Source: Theionarchaea archaeon (GTDB lineage: Archaea; Methanobacteriota_B; Thermococci; Methanofastidiosales; SZ-28-30). Taken from it: a DNA stretch of 64,000 nt. The stretch is taken from the NCBI GenBank assembly GCA_018992685.1, contig JACVGT010000018.1, forward strand, positions 1-64,000. The letters run 5' to 3'. The notes below the pieces were generated by a model, which did not search any database, was not told the DNA's origin, and was given only the letters and a program-made list of their open reading frames with translations. The position numbers and the translations under genes were made by a program. Shown here one piece after another: positions 29,661-39,808 of the stretch. Numbering within the stretch: position 1 is the stretch's first letter; every line of letters starts with the position of its first letter.

Positions 29661-32600
29661 GTGGTCCCCTCTAGTACCTCTCTTACGTATCGTCCAGTGA
29701 TAGTGCCCTTCTGACAGAAGTCTTCAGGAGGAGCTTCACCCACTACGGTCCCTCCTTCAGGCCCGCCCCCGGGACCCAGCTCAATCAACCAGTCACACGA
29801 GGCCAGTACATATGGGTTGTGCTCGATAACAAGTACTGTATGGCCTGCATCCACGAGCTGCTGCAGGACATCAATCAATCGACCGACATCCTCCATGTGC
29901 TGGCCAACGGTAGGCTCATCCAGTATGTAGAGAGAACCCTGAGGTGTTTTGCCGCACAGTTCCTTGGCAATCTTGAGCCTCTGAGCTTCTCCCCCCGATA
30001 GACTGTACCCCGGCTGGTGCAATGCCAGATATCCAAGCCCCACCTGCTTGACTGCCCGCAATATTCGGACAATCCTCTCATCATCCTCGAACAAAGAATA
30101 CACTTCATCAATAGTGAGGTTGCATAACTCCGGGAGCGTCAATCCCTCGATTCTGACATCCCATGCCTCAGGCGAATATCCTGTCCCATTGCATGCATCG
30201 CAGGGAGAATAGACACATGGCAAGAACCCCATGTCCATCCTGAGAGTGCCTCTTCCGTTACACACTGAACACCGCTTCTTGAAATGCTCCACCCCCAATC
30301 CCAGGGCTTTGGCGCCTTCACTGTGCGCATACACGTTCTGCAATATTTCGTTCAGCCCAAGAAATCCTGCCGGACTGTAAATTCCTTTTCTGGTTTGATC
30401 TACCAGAACTACCCTCTCTGGTGCACCCTCAATCTTGTCGTGAGCTCCAGGGGCTATGGGTTCATGTGCAACTGATGTGGTCTGTTTTCTTGGAGATAGT
30501 GCCCGTCCCAAGATATCAACAACCAGGGTACTCTTTCCAGAACCCGAAACACCACAGATGCCTACGAGAACTCCCAGAGGTATATCAACGTCAATATCTT
30601 TGAGGTTATGCTGGCGTGCACCGCGAATATGCATCCATTTCCGGGGTGATCTTCTCTCTCTCACATGTATTGAACGTTCTCCTCGCAGCCACGCCCCTGT
30701 TACCGTGTCCGTCTGGCCAATGTCAAGTACTGACCCTTCGGCCACAATGTGTCCACCTCTTATCCCCGCACCTGGGCCCATGTCAATGACATGATCTGCC
30801 TCTCTGATGATCATGGGATCATGTTCCACCACGATGACTGTATTTCTTTCATCTCGCAGCTCTTTCAGGGCACTCACCAGTGCACTGACCTCGGAAGGGT
30901 GCAGTCCACGGGAGGGCTCATCAAGAAGGACTGTCAATGATGTTAATTTGCTTCCCAGAACGCCAGCAAGAGTAACTCGTTCAGCCTCCCCTGCAGATAG
31001 TGTGGCTGAAACTCTGTTCAAGTGGAGGTATCCCAACCCCACCTGTAGCAGAAATGTGAGTCTCCTCAAGCAAGCCTCCAGGCTTGACGTGACAGCACGT
31101 GATGCAGGTGGGAGGACAATGCTGCTAAGAACATCTGCGAGTGTAGCCAGGGGCAATTCAGCAAGCTCATGAATGTTGTATCCCTGCAGTGTAACCGCCA
31201 GAAACTCCGGCCGCAGTCTTCCCCCATTGCATTGAGGGCATACCACAGCTTCTGTATAGGTCCCACCCACATCCCAGTCGCGAATCCAGCCAAAAAACCC
31301 AGGGAACTTGTGCTCACGTACGGAGATTTGACCTTTTCTGTTGACAGAGGAAACTGTCAGGGGCTCGGGATCACCAAAAAGGAATGCATCTTGCGCTCTT
31401 TTGCTCATTTCATTCCAGGGGGTGACCTGTGGATCAAAGTCGTATCTCTCTGCCAGAGCCTGAACCATATAGTATCCCGAGTTGAAAGGCTTACACAAGA
31501 ATCCTTTGGGGAAGAACCCTGGAGAGTACATTGCCCCCTTGCAGAGGGGGGCTCCAGGGTTCACAATCAGCTTTTCTGGATTGGGCTTCTGGAGGGTCCC
31601 CACTCCCTGACAGGTGGGGCAAGCCGAAAGCCAGTTGGAGAACAGGAAGGCACTGGATTTCTCAAGAGCGGCAGTAGCCCCACATGTGGGGCATTCCCAG
31701 GTTTGACCACGGTCCATTGAAGAGCCACACTCCAAGCAGGCCCGCTTCCCTACGGTTGAGATGAGTACTGTGAGGTGATGCAAGATTTCAGTATCCGATC
31801 CCACAGTAGCACGTCTGTTAAATCCGCGGGACCCTGCCTTCACTGACACAGCCACTCCCAGCCCCATCACCGATTCAACAGGCGCTTCAGGACCCTCCTT
31901 GACGGATTGCCTCTCATACATGGACAAGCTCTCCAGAAATCGCCTCCTGGCCTCAGCTTCTAGAACATCAGTGACCAGTGAGGACTTTCCTGACCCTGAA
32001 ACTCCCGTAATGACCGTTAGGACGCCTTTTGGTATGGTAACAGAGATGGATTTCAGATTGTGTGCACAGGCGCCGGTAACAGTGATGTCTTTTGACGCTT
32101 CAGGCACTGGGCGAACAGAAGGAGCCGGAGGTTCCGATTCTGCCAGAAGCACTTTGGCCGTCAGGGAACGTTCTTCTGATAGGAGGTCGTCTGGCTGGCC
32201 TGCAAAAAGCAATTCTCCTCCTGCAGGCCCGGCCCTCGGTCCCAAATCAATAATCCAATCAGCCGCACGCATAATGTCGGTATTGTGCTCAATTACAACA
32301 ACTGTTCCGCCAGCCCGCACCAACCGATCCAGGACAGTCAAGAGTCCAGAAATGTCTTTGGGATGCAGGCCGGTGGAAGGTTCATCCAGTATCAACAGTT
32401 TCCTAGACAGGGATCTGCTGCCCAGATACCTTGCCAGTTTGACCCTCTGTGCTTCACCACCTGATAATGTAGGGGACGGCTGCCCCAAGGACAGATATCC
32501 TAACCCGACGTCTCTCAAGGCTTCCAGAATGCGCTTTGCCTGGACTCGCTCGCTTGCTGGAAGGGTTCTATGATTCAGCAAGGGAAGTGCTTCATCAATG

Positions 32601-34501
32601 GTCAATTCATAGAAATCCGCAATGCTAAGGCTCTTATCACCAAAATCTATCTTCTTTCCAACTACTTCTTCTGAAAACCGATTTCCTTCGCATCTCTCAC
32701 AGGTGATCCAGGTAGAAGGGAGGTAGCGCATCTTGACTTCCACTGCTCCCATCCCCTTGCAGACGGGACACATTCCCTCTGGGCGATTGAATGAGAAGTG
32801 CGAGGGTGATAGTCTCGTAGCCCGGGAATAGAGTCCACGGACTATATCAGACAACTTGGTATAGGTTGCAGGATTGGACCGGGGATTTCTTCCTATAGGA
32901 CTCTGGTCAACGACAACGGGGGTAAGGGAAGGTCCCTCGACTCTTTCACATCCCCGAGGGTTCTTGCCCCGCAAGGAGGGTTCCAAGACGTCAATAAAGG
33001 TGCTCTTACCTGAACCAGAAACACCTGTGACTACTGTCAGTCTGCTCAGAGGTATGGGCACATCAATGTCCTTTAGATTTCGCAAGTGTGCTTTCCTGAC
33101 CACAAGGAACTTCAAGGGTTTTGTGCGGCGTCTAGGCAGGGCCACCTTTTTCCGAAAGCTGAAATACTGACCAGTGGGTGTTTCTGCCTTCCACAATTCC
33201 TGCGGAATTCCTGCAAAAACGATTTTTCCTCCCCTGATACCTGCACCAGGCCCCAAATCAACAGCATAGTCTGCTATGGCTGCTGCCATTCGGTCATGTT
33301 CTACAAAGATAACCGGGCCAGCGAGTTCTCTAAAGGCAGGGACCAGGTTCTGCACATCATAAGGGTGCTGGCCGATGGTGGGTTCATCCAGAATATGGAG
33401 CATATCCTCTAGTCTGCTGGTCAAAGCGACTGCCAGGCGCACTCTTTGAGCTTCTCCTCTGGACATGGTGGGCGATGATCTGTCCAGGGTGATGTATCCC
33501 AGCCCCACCGTCTGCAAAGCTGTCAGTCTGGTCACGATCTCTGTGTAAAGGCGGTAGGCAGAATCTGGAAAATCATCACCATCAAAGACCGTTCGGGCTT
33601 CATCTACTGACAGGCCCAACATATCTGGCAATCTGAAGCCTTTCCAGGTGACAGCTGCTGCCTGTGGGTGTAACCCGGTATCCAAACAGGAAGTACAGCC
33701 TTCTCCCTGACAGTATGGACATACCGTGTGGAAATGTTTTGGCTTCACAGAATGAAACCAGTACCCACACTTCACACAGACAGAGGCACGGGACAGGATC
33801 TCTTCTTTCTCAAGAGATCGAATAATGACAGCAGTTGAACCTAGGGCAAATGCCTTCTTGACAGTTTCACGGGCTCTTGTAGCTGTGACCTCTCCTGACA
33901 ATGAAGCTACTTCGATCTCGATCGAGTGGGGGTCTTGAGGGTTGAGGGATTTCTTTGTCCAGGGATGACCATCAACAGTAACATGGTCCCCAAATTCATG
34001 CGTCAGCAGTTGGATCAACGTTGTGTGGCTTCCGTGAACATTATGCACCAAGGGGGCAATCACGGTGATAGGTGAATCTCTTGCCCTTCTCAGTACGATT
34101 TCCACGATTTCATCTTCAGTCAATAAGGCCAACCCAGTCCCACACTGCGGGCAATACCGATTCCCAAAATTACTGTATAGGAGTCTGAGAAAGGGATGTA
34201 ATCCTGAAGCAGTGGCCAGTGTTGAAAGAGGATTTCGATTAAGCAGATTCTGACCGACAGCAATGGCAGGACCCAACCCGGATATGGTTTCTACAGAGGC
34301 AGGGACCAGTTTCACTGACGACCCCAGTGAAAAAATCTCCAAGAATCTGCGGTGAGCCTCATGATAGATGGTGTCAAACACGAGTGAAGACTTGCCTGAG
34401 CCTGACACTCCAGTGACTACCGTGAGCCCCTCGCCAGGAACACATACATCAATATTCTGCAGATTGTTCTGTCGTGCACCTGCTACCTCAATGTTCCTCA
34501 T
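29657..34501 (-). CDS. uvrA: Double-length UvrA-family ABC ATPase (four NBDs)
   Basis: Four GVSGSGKS Walker A motifs; GAxxxNL-type motifs; (L/M)S(G/R/A)GEA signatures; LDEP Walker B; CxxC zinc modules. Confidence 0.88.
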   Translation of the reverse strand: MRNIEVAGARQNNLQNIDVCVPGEGLTVVTGVSGSGKSSLVFDTIYHEAHRRFLEIFSLGSSVKLVPASVETISGLGPAIAVGQNLLNRNPLSTLATASGLHPFLRLLYSNFGNRYCPQCGTGLALLTEDEIVEIVLRRARDSPITVIAPLVHNVHGSHTTLIQLLTHEFGDHVTVDGHPWTKKSLNPQDPHSIEIEVASLSGEVTATRARETVKKAFALGSTAVIIRSLEKEEILSRASVCVKCGYWFHSVKPKHFHTVCPYCQGEGCTSCLDTGLHPQAAAVTWKGFRLPDMLGLSVDEARTVFDGDDFPDSAYRLYTEIVTRLTALQTVGLGYITLDRSSPTMSRGEAQRVRLAVALTSRLEDMLHILDEPTIGQHPYDVQNLVPAFRELAGPVIFVEHDRMAAAIADYAVDLGPGAGIRGGKIVFAGIPQELWKAETPTGQYFSFRKKVALPRRRTKPLKFLVVRKAHLRNLKDIDVPIPLSRLTVVTGVSGSGKSTFIDVLEPSLRGKNPRGCERVEGPSLTPVVVDQSPIGRNPRSNPATYTKLSDIVRGLYSRATRLSPSHFSFNRPEGMCPVCKGMGAVEVKMRYLPSTWITCERCEGNRFSEEVVGKKIDFGDKSLSIADFYELTIDEALPLLNHRTLPASERVQAKRILEALRDVGLGYLSLGQPSPTLSGGEAQRVKLARYLGSRSLSRKLLILDEPSTGLHPKDISGLLTVLDRLVRAGGTVVVIEHNTDIMRAADWIIDLGPRAGPAGGELLFAGQPDDLLSEERSLTAKVLLAESEPPAPSVRPVPEASKDITVTGACAHNLKSISVTIPKGVLTVITGVSGSGKSSLVTDVLEAEARRRFLESLSMYERQSVKEGPEAPVESVMGLGVAVSVKAGSRGFNRRATVGSDTEILHHLTVLISTVGKRACLECGSSMDRGQTWECPTCGATAALEKSSAFLFSNWLSACPTCQGVGTLQKPNPEKLIVNPGAPLCKGAMYSPGFFPKGFLCKPFNSGYYMVQALAERYDFDPQVTPWNEMSKRAQDAFLFGDPEPLTVSSVNRKGQISVREHKFPGFFGWIRDWDVGGTYTEAVVCPQCNGGRLRPEFLAVTLQGYNIHELAELPLATLADVLSSIVLPPASRAVTSSLEACLRRLTFLLQVGLGYLHLNRVSATLSAGEAERVTLAGVLGSKLTSLTVLLDEPSRGLHPSEVSALVSALKELRDERNTVIVVEHDPMIIREADHVIDMGPGAGIRGGHIVAEGSVLDIGQTDTVTGAWLRGERSIHVRERRSPRKWMHIRGARQHNLKDIDVDIPLGVLVGICGVSGSGKSTLVVDILGRALSPRKQTTSVAHEPIAPGAHDKIEGAPERVVLVDQTRKGIYSPAGFLGLNEILQNVYAHSEGAKALGLGVEHFKKRCSVCNGRGTLRMDMGFLPCVYSPCDACNGTGYSPEAWDVRIEGLTLPELCNLTIDEVYSLFEDDERIVRILRAVKQVGLGYLALHQPGYSLSGGEAQRLKIAKELCGKTPQGSLYILDEPTVGQHMEDVGRLIDVLQQLVDAGHTVLVIEHNPYVLASCDWLIELGPGGGPEGGTVVGEAPPEDFCQKGTITGRYVREVLEGTT

Positions 34502-34742
34502 GGTAATGTTCCTGAGCAGGAACGTATAAACCCTTTCTTTTTCTCTGGAATCGTGAGAGCTGAGAACTAATCTCTATTCTCTAACTCCCACAAAGGAGAA
34601 ATAAAAGCAAAATGAGAATGCACCGAGAAGTTCAGCCTTATGCGCTTCAGAAATTTTCCACCCGATCAGCCTTCTGTATTGGTCAAAAGTCTCCTGGCCA
34701 CTGCCCAACCTCCCAAGGTCCATTCTTCAGACTTCGCCACCA

Positions 34743-35444
34743 TCAAAATCGGACTAATAACGGCCTCACCCTATCCTTTGATGAATCATATGAACCTTTT
34801 TCAATTTCCCTCTCACAAGCTTTTGAAACCCTGAACACATCAGCAGGATACCCTGAGGCTCTACACTCAATCTCCCTCACTTCGTGCACGTGGCCTGTGG
34901 TCCACTCAGCAAGGGCTGCAAGAGCGCCTACTGTGACGTGACATACAGGCGAAGAAGAAAAAACGTCCTCACTCTCCCAGTTATCCCTGAAAATGATGAG
35001 AAAGCAGTCTTCCTCTTCCTGCAATTCCAGTCGAGGCTCTGACATATCTTCAGGTGAAGGATATCTCTTTTCAACAGCTCCTATCAATTTTACGAGGGCA
35101 TGTCTCAATCGGGGCTGTTCTGGGCCCAGGAACCGTAGACACAGAAGTAACCGTGTTGCCCACGAGTATTTTTCAAAGCTTTTCTTAACAATTTCTCTGC
35201 CGATTCGCAATTGGAGACTGCGAACACCTCTTCTTCCGAAAAGTTCCAGAAGAGAACGGCATAAGATCTGGAGATCCTCCAATGGAACATGAGTCTTATC
35301 GTCTGAAGGGGGGAAATTGTCAATGTACTTTTCAAGATGAGCATAATTCAAAACAGATTCTAGCCCGTGATGCCCTACAATTCCTTCAGTAGTTTCCAGA
35401 TAGATTCTCATGCTGAAATTATCTGTCTTTCTTCCCTTAAGCGT
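34743..35444 (-). CDS. V4R domain protein; start ATG 35411 or ACG 35444
   Basis: PVCHVTVG..EVREIECRASGYPADVF. Confidence 0.8.
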   Translation of the reverse strand, partial: TLKGRKTDNFSMRIYLETTEGIVGHHGLESVLNYAHLEKYIDNFPPSDDKTHVPLEDLQILCRSLLELFGRRGVRSLQLRIGREIVKKSFEKYSWATRLLLCLRFLGPEQPRLRHALVKLIGAVEKRYPSPEDMSEPRLELQEEEDCFLIIFRDNWESEDVFSSSPVCHVTVGALAALAEWTTGHVHEVREIECRASGYPADVFRVSKACEREIEKGSYDSSKDRVRPLLVRF

Positions 35445-36102
35445 GGAAAATCACCTCAAACAAAGTCCCAATCTGCAGGTTCTGACCATACATACATCCT
35501 CTGGTAGGTTCAATTCCTTCTTATCAACAAAATGCCGTGCCTGTGTTCCCAATAGAGACAGCGCTTCCACTTTCTTGAAGGACTGCATTCCACAGTGATT
35601 CCAAATTTATAAGTCTTGTCAATGAGCTGTAATGACCTGAGGTTTACCCAACGGAGTACGTTCTCTGCATCGACCTTGAATCCTTTTGAACATCAAAGGT
35701 GCAGCCTCCTGATCTTCTGAACCTATCTCAAATGCCCGTGGATCGTCCACATGGTTGTCCTGCCACATTCCTCTTGTAGATCATGGGACCTGCTACTCTC
35801 TTACAGCAGCGTAAATCTTCCCGGAGATCCTTTTCCACAGCGATCCACCGAAATCTTTTTATGTAGTTACTACTAACTATAATAGCTACTATGTGGCATA
35901 CATGACAGCAGCTCAAGAGAAGATGAGATGATACGATGACGCGAAATATAGCGATTCTGGAAAGTGTTATCCTGTCTGCTGTAGCCGCTGCGGGTAACCC
36001 TGTCAAATCTGATGAAGAAGGAAAAGAAGAATCATCACCCGTAAAGCGGTTCTCTCTGGTCAATCAGCGAATAGGAGAATTCTTGCGCGGGGTGAACAGA
36101 AG

Positions 36103-37959
36103 ATGAATTATTCAACCCTTTTTTCCTGGATGTTAATTGTGGCACTGGCAACAGGATGTGTTGGACAGGGTACAAGAGAGAATACGTCGGGAGCGACTGG
36201 CTCGTCGGTACAGGATATCTTGGCTGAGCTGGAAGGATTGCCGATAGATAAGTTCTTTGAAGAGTCGTATAATCAGTTGTTGCTGAGAAATCCGGAACAT
36301 CTTACTGAACTGGGGATTGCCGAGAATTTCGGATTGAGAAATGATCAGCTTACCAATATCTCAGATAAGTATACGCAGGAAACACAGAAGCTTCAAGAAG
36401 GGATTCTGGAAATACTTCGAAAATATGATGTGTCCACACTGACGAAAGAACAAAAAGTATCATACCAGGTTTATGAATGGTACCTAGAGGATATGGTACG
36501 CGGCCATGAATTCATGTATTATGATTACCCAGTAACGCATTTTGTAACAGGTGCCCAGTACCAGCTCCTGCAGTTCTTTACTGAAATTCATCCCGTGGCC
36601 ACGCGCCAGGATGCAGAGGACTACATTGCGTGTCTAGAGCAAGTCGACATAAAGATGGAGCAATTGATCGAATCATTACAGAAACGGAAAGAGGCAGGAG
36701 TAATATCGCCGAAATTCGTTATTCAGTGGTCCCTGTACAGTATAAGAGGCATGGCACAGGGGGACCCGAGGTATCTTCCCTTCTATACAGCTTTTCAGGA
36801 GAAGGTGGAGAACCTTGATATCCTAAATGAGGAAAAAGAGACACTGCTCCAAGCAGCTGAAAAGGCAATTCAGGAGAGTGTGATACCGGGATACGCGAAG
36901 CTTGCACAGTATCTCGAGGATCTCGAATCTGTGGCTCCCACTGACGATGGGGTGTGGCAGTTTCCGGAGGGAGAGGAATATTACTCGTATACACTTCGTC
37001 ATCACACGACTACTGAAATGACTGCTCAGGAGATACACGAGCTCGGGTTACGTGAGCTGGAACGCATCCATCAGGAGATGAGATCCATCTTTGATGAACT
37101 GGGTTACCCTGCAGATGAGAGTCTTTCTGACCTGTTCCAAAGGGTTTCACGGGATTCTGGATATGTATCTGGTAGTGACGTAGCAGAAATGTATCAAACT
37201 CTCATTGAAGAGGCAGAACAGAACCTGGATTCTGTCTTCGACATCGCTCCTGCTGCAGATGTGATTGTCATTGCCGGTTCTGAAGGGGATTATTATACAT
37301 CTGGATCTCTTGATGGCTCGAGGCCAGGGGCCTTCTATGCCAACGTGACGGGCAGGGAATTCCGGTATGGGATGCCCTCGCTTTCTTATCATGAGGCAGT
37401 TCCAGGGCATCACTTTCAGATCGGTATTGCCCAGGAACTGAATTTGCCCTTCTTCAGGACAGATCTTATTTTTACTGGATATACGGAGGGCTGGGCTCTG
37501 TATGCTGAACGGCTGGCATACGAACTGGGATGGTATACTGATGATCCTTATGGCAATTTGGGCAGGCTACAATATGAAGCATTTAGAGCAGCCCGTCTGG
37601 TGGTGGATACAGGTATCCACGATAAGGGATGGACCTTTGACGAGGCTGAACGGTTCATGGAGGAGAATGCGGGATACAAAAACTCTGATGTTGTCAATGT
37701 TGAGTTTGAGATCAGCCGGTACATTGCCTGGCCAGGTCAGGCTACAGCCTACATGGTGGGTATGCTCAAGATCGTGGAACTCCGGCAGAACGCCATGGAT
37801 GCTTTGGGTGAAGCCTTTGACAGTAGAGAGTTTCACAGAATAGTGCTGGGGAACGGAAGCATGCCTTTATCGGTGCTGGAAGAGGTGGTTCAGGACTATA
37901 TTGATGACTCTCTTGGAAGTCATATGGTATGGTCTCATAATGGCATATACCTGCAGTGA
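36103..37959 (+). CDS. DUF885 family lipoprotein (putative metallopeptidase)
   Basis: Lipobox ATGC; YHEAVPGHH, EGWALYAE, RLVVDTGIH, PGQATAY. Confidence 0.92.
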   Translation: MNYSTLFSWMLIVALATGCVGQGTRENTSGATGSSVQDILAELEGLPIDKFFEESYNQLLLRNPEHLTELGIAENFGLRNDQLTNISDKYTQETQKLQEGILEILRKYDVSTLTKEQKVSYQVYEWYLEDMVRGHEFMYYDYPVTHFVTGAQYQLLQFFTEIHPVATRQDAEDYIACLEQVDIKMEQLIESLQKRKEAGVISPKFVIQWSLYSIRGMAQGDPRYLPFYTAFQEKVENLDILNEEKETLLQAAEKAIQESVIPGYAKLAQYLEDLESVAPTDDGVWQFPEGEEYYSYTLRHHTTTEMTAQEIHELGLRELERIHQEMRSIFDELGYPADESLSDLFQRVSRDSGYVSGSDVAEMYQTLIEEAEQNLDSVFDIAPAADVIVIAGSEGDYYTSGSLDGSRPGAFYANVTGREFRYGMPSLSYHEAVPGHHFQIGIAQELNLPFFRTDLIFTGYTEGWALYAERLAYELGWYTDDPYGNLGRLQYEAFRAARLVVDTGIHDKGWTFDEAERFMEENAGYKNSDVVNVEFEISRYIAWPGQATAYMVGMLKIVELRQNAMDALGEAFDSREFHRIVLGNGSMPLSVLEEVVQDYIDDSLGSHMVWSHNGIYLQ

Positions 37960-38058
37960 ATTTGTATCAACCCTTGTGGAGGGTGTCGGTTCTTGATAGC
38001 CAGACTGTTCTTCCAACAAGCAGGGATTCAATCTCTCGGATGAATCCCAATGGAAAAA

Positions 38059-38910
38059 CTAACCCGGCTTTTTTGCGCTCACTATTGTCCACCAGCGGAC
38101 TGCATGATGACACACGAAATCTGTGAACCCTGCCTCCTCAAATAGACATGCAAGCTCTTCTGGAACGAAGGATCTCACGCCTCCATATTTGTGGTACAAG
38201 TGGCTGAGTTTTCGTGATACAGTCCCCATGGCAGGCACTTTCACTGTAGCCACCGTAAAGTGTGCTCCTGGTTTGAGAATCCTCAGAACCCCCTTGAGTG
38301 TTCGGGGAATGTCAGGGAACAAATGAAGTGCTCCACAGCAGTTGGCACCATCGAGGGAATTCTCAAAGAAAGGAAGGTCTTGAGCATCTCCATGGATGAA
38401 GAACAGGTTGTCGATAGATTGAGCCTTCTTGCTCGCATATTCTAGCATAGGCATGGACAAATCCAGCCCGGCAACAGTACCTTCGCTCAATTGCATAGCA
38501 AAAGGACGTGAATAAATCCCTGGACCACAGGCAATATCTACCAGAGATTCCGTTCCTTTGAGCTGATGGACATCTGAAATCAACTTGAATTCATCGTTGA
38601 ATGAAATCCCAAACACAATATTGCCGTATGGACCAGTTCTCCAGAACCAGCTCTCATATACATCAACGAAGAAGTCCCATTCAACAATGCTATGCCAGAA
38701 ATACCGTTTGACATGATATCTGGGAAGCACGTCAATGATGGTCCCCTTCACCCCGTATGCAGCACCGCACTTCCTGCAGTAGACATTGCCTCCAAGAGGC
38801 ATAAGGTCGAGCTCCCCTGATCTGCAATCAGGACACACTATCTCCACCTGTGAACGCTTGATGGCCAGCCTATGTTCCTCATTCACTTCTTTTTCTGGAA
38901 TTTCTACCAT
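38059..38910 (-). CDS. Class I SAM methyltransferase with N-terminal zinc ribbon
   Basis: CPDC..CRKC; VDIACGPG; GLDLSMPML; HGDAQDLPF. Confidence 0.9.
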   Translation of the reverse strand: MVEIPEKEVNEEHRLAIKRSQVEIVCPDCRSGELDLMPLGGNVYCRKCGAAYGVKGTIIDVLPRYHVKRYFWHSIVEWDFFVDVYESWFWRTGPYGNIVFGISFNDEFKLISDVHQLKGTESLVDIACGPGIYSRPFAMQLSEGTVAGLDLSMPMLEYASKKAQSIDNLFFIHGDAQDLPFFENSLDGANCCGALHLFPDIPRTLKGVLRILKPGAHFTVATVKVPAMGTVSRKLSHLYHKYGGVRSFVPEELACLFEEAGFTDFVCHHAVRWWTIVSAKKPG

Positions 38911-38948
38911 TTCTTTTCACCTCCTGCAGTTCTCTTCTTTCAATAATC

Positions 38949-38967
38949 TTGACTGACTGTCAGTCAA
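38949..38967. promoter_or_regulatory. TetR-type operator upstream of the methyltransferase
   Basis: Perfect inverted repeat TTGACTGAC-T-GTCAGTCAA. Confidence 0.8.
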
Positions 38968-38991
38968 ATTCCTTATGATAAAAAAGGGATT

Positions 38992-39648
38992 CTACTCTCC
39001 ATTGTGTACCTCCAGCATCTCAACAATGGACCCTGTCAATGAACCGTTCTGGACGCCCAGCACTCTTTCAATGATGGAGAATCCTGCTACAATTAGTCGC
39101 TTTTTCGATTCAGGGGACGTAGAGGTGAATCTGGATGAATCAAAAAGCCTATCCCAACATGAAAAAATCACTGAAGAAGCTTCTCGGGGATATTTTGTAT
39201 CAAAAACTCCTTCTTCTACTCCTTGTTGGATTACATCAGCGAAAATCGGCACAATTGCAGCTTCAGTTTTCTTTCCCATCTTAATGTGGAGAAGGCTATT
39301 TTTCTCCTGGTGAAAAAAGCTTATAAGTCCCTCATGTTCAGTTCCAAACTGATAAAACATCTTTATACTGTTTATGATCTTCTGAATAGCATTAATATCA
39401 TCTCTCTGGCTCTGCTCTCTAATAAAAGCTGCAATACCAGAGATTAACCGATCTACTACACTATCCAGTATTTCATCCTTTGATTTGAAGTAGTAGTAGA
39501 ATGTCCCTTGTGCTACCTGTGCTTTCTTCACGATGTCTGAAACCGGTGTTTCCTCGTATCCTTTCACGGCAAACAATTCCTCTGCAATGTCTATGAGTTC
39601 TTCTTTCCGAGTATCAGGATTCTTGGTTATTCTCGTCATAAGCATCAC
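38992..39648 (-). CDS. TetR/AcrR family regulator
   Basis: DIVKKAQVAQGTFYYYFKSKDEI. Confidence 0.93.
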   Translation of the reverse strand: MMLMTRITKNPDTRKEELIDIAEELFAVKGYEETPVSDIVKKAQVAQGTFYYYFKSKDEILDSVVDRLISGIAAFIREQSQRDDINAIQKIINSIKMFYQFGTEHEGLISFFHQEKNSLLHIKMGKKTEAAIVPIFADVIQQGVEEGVFDTKYPREASSVIFSCWDRLFDSSRFTSTSPESKKRLIVAGFSIIERVLGVQNGSLTGSIVEMLEVHNGE

Positions 39649-39667
39649 TTGACTGACTATCAGTCAC
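39649..39667. promoter_or_regulatory. TetR autoregulatory operator
   Basis: TTGACTGACTATCAGTCAC, 17/19 identical to the 38949 site, between the TATA box and the start codon. Confidence 0.8.
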
Positions 39668-39808
39668 TATATAGTACACGTATAAAAAGGTTTCGCTTCC
39701 TTGAAAGATAACTGAAGATGCATATTTTCCGTTCTGTTGTGTCAGCCCAATCTACGGCTGCAGAATATCCAACAATCCAATGATGTTCAACTATGAGAGA
39801 GACACTGA

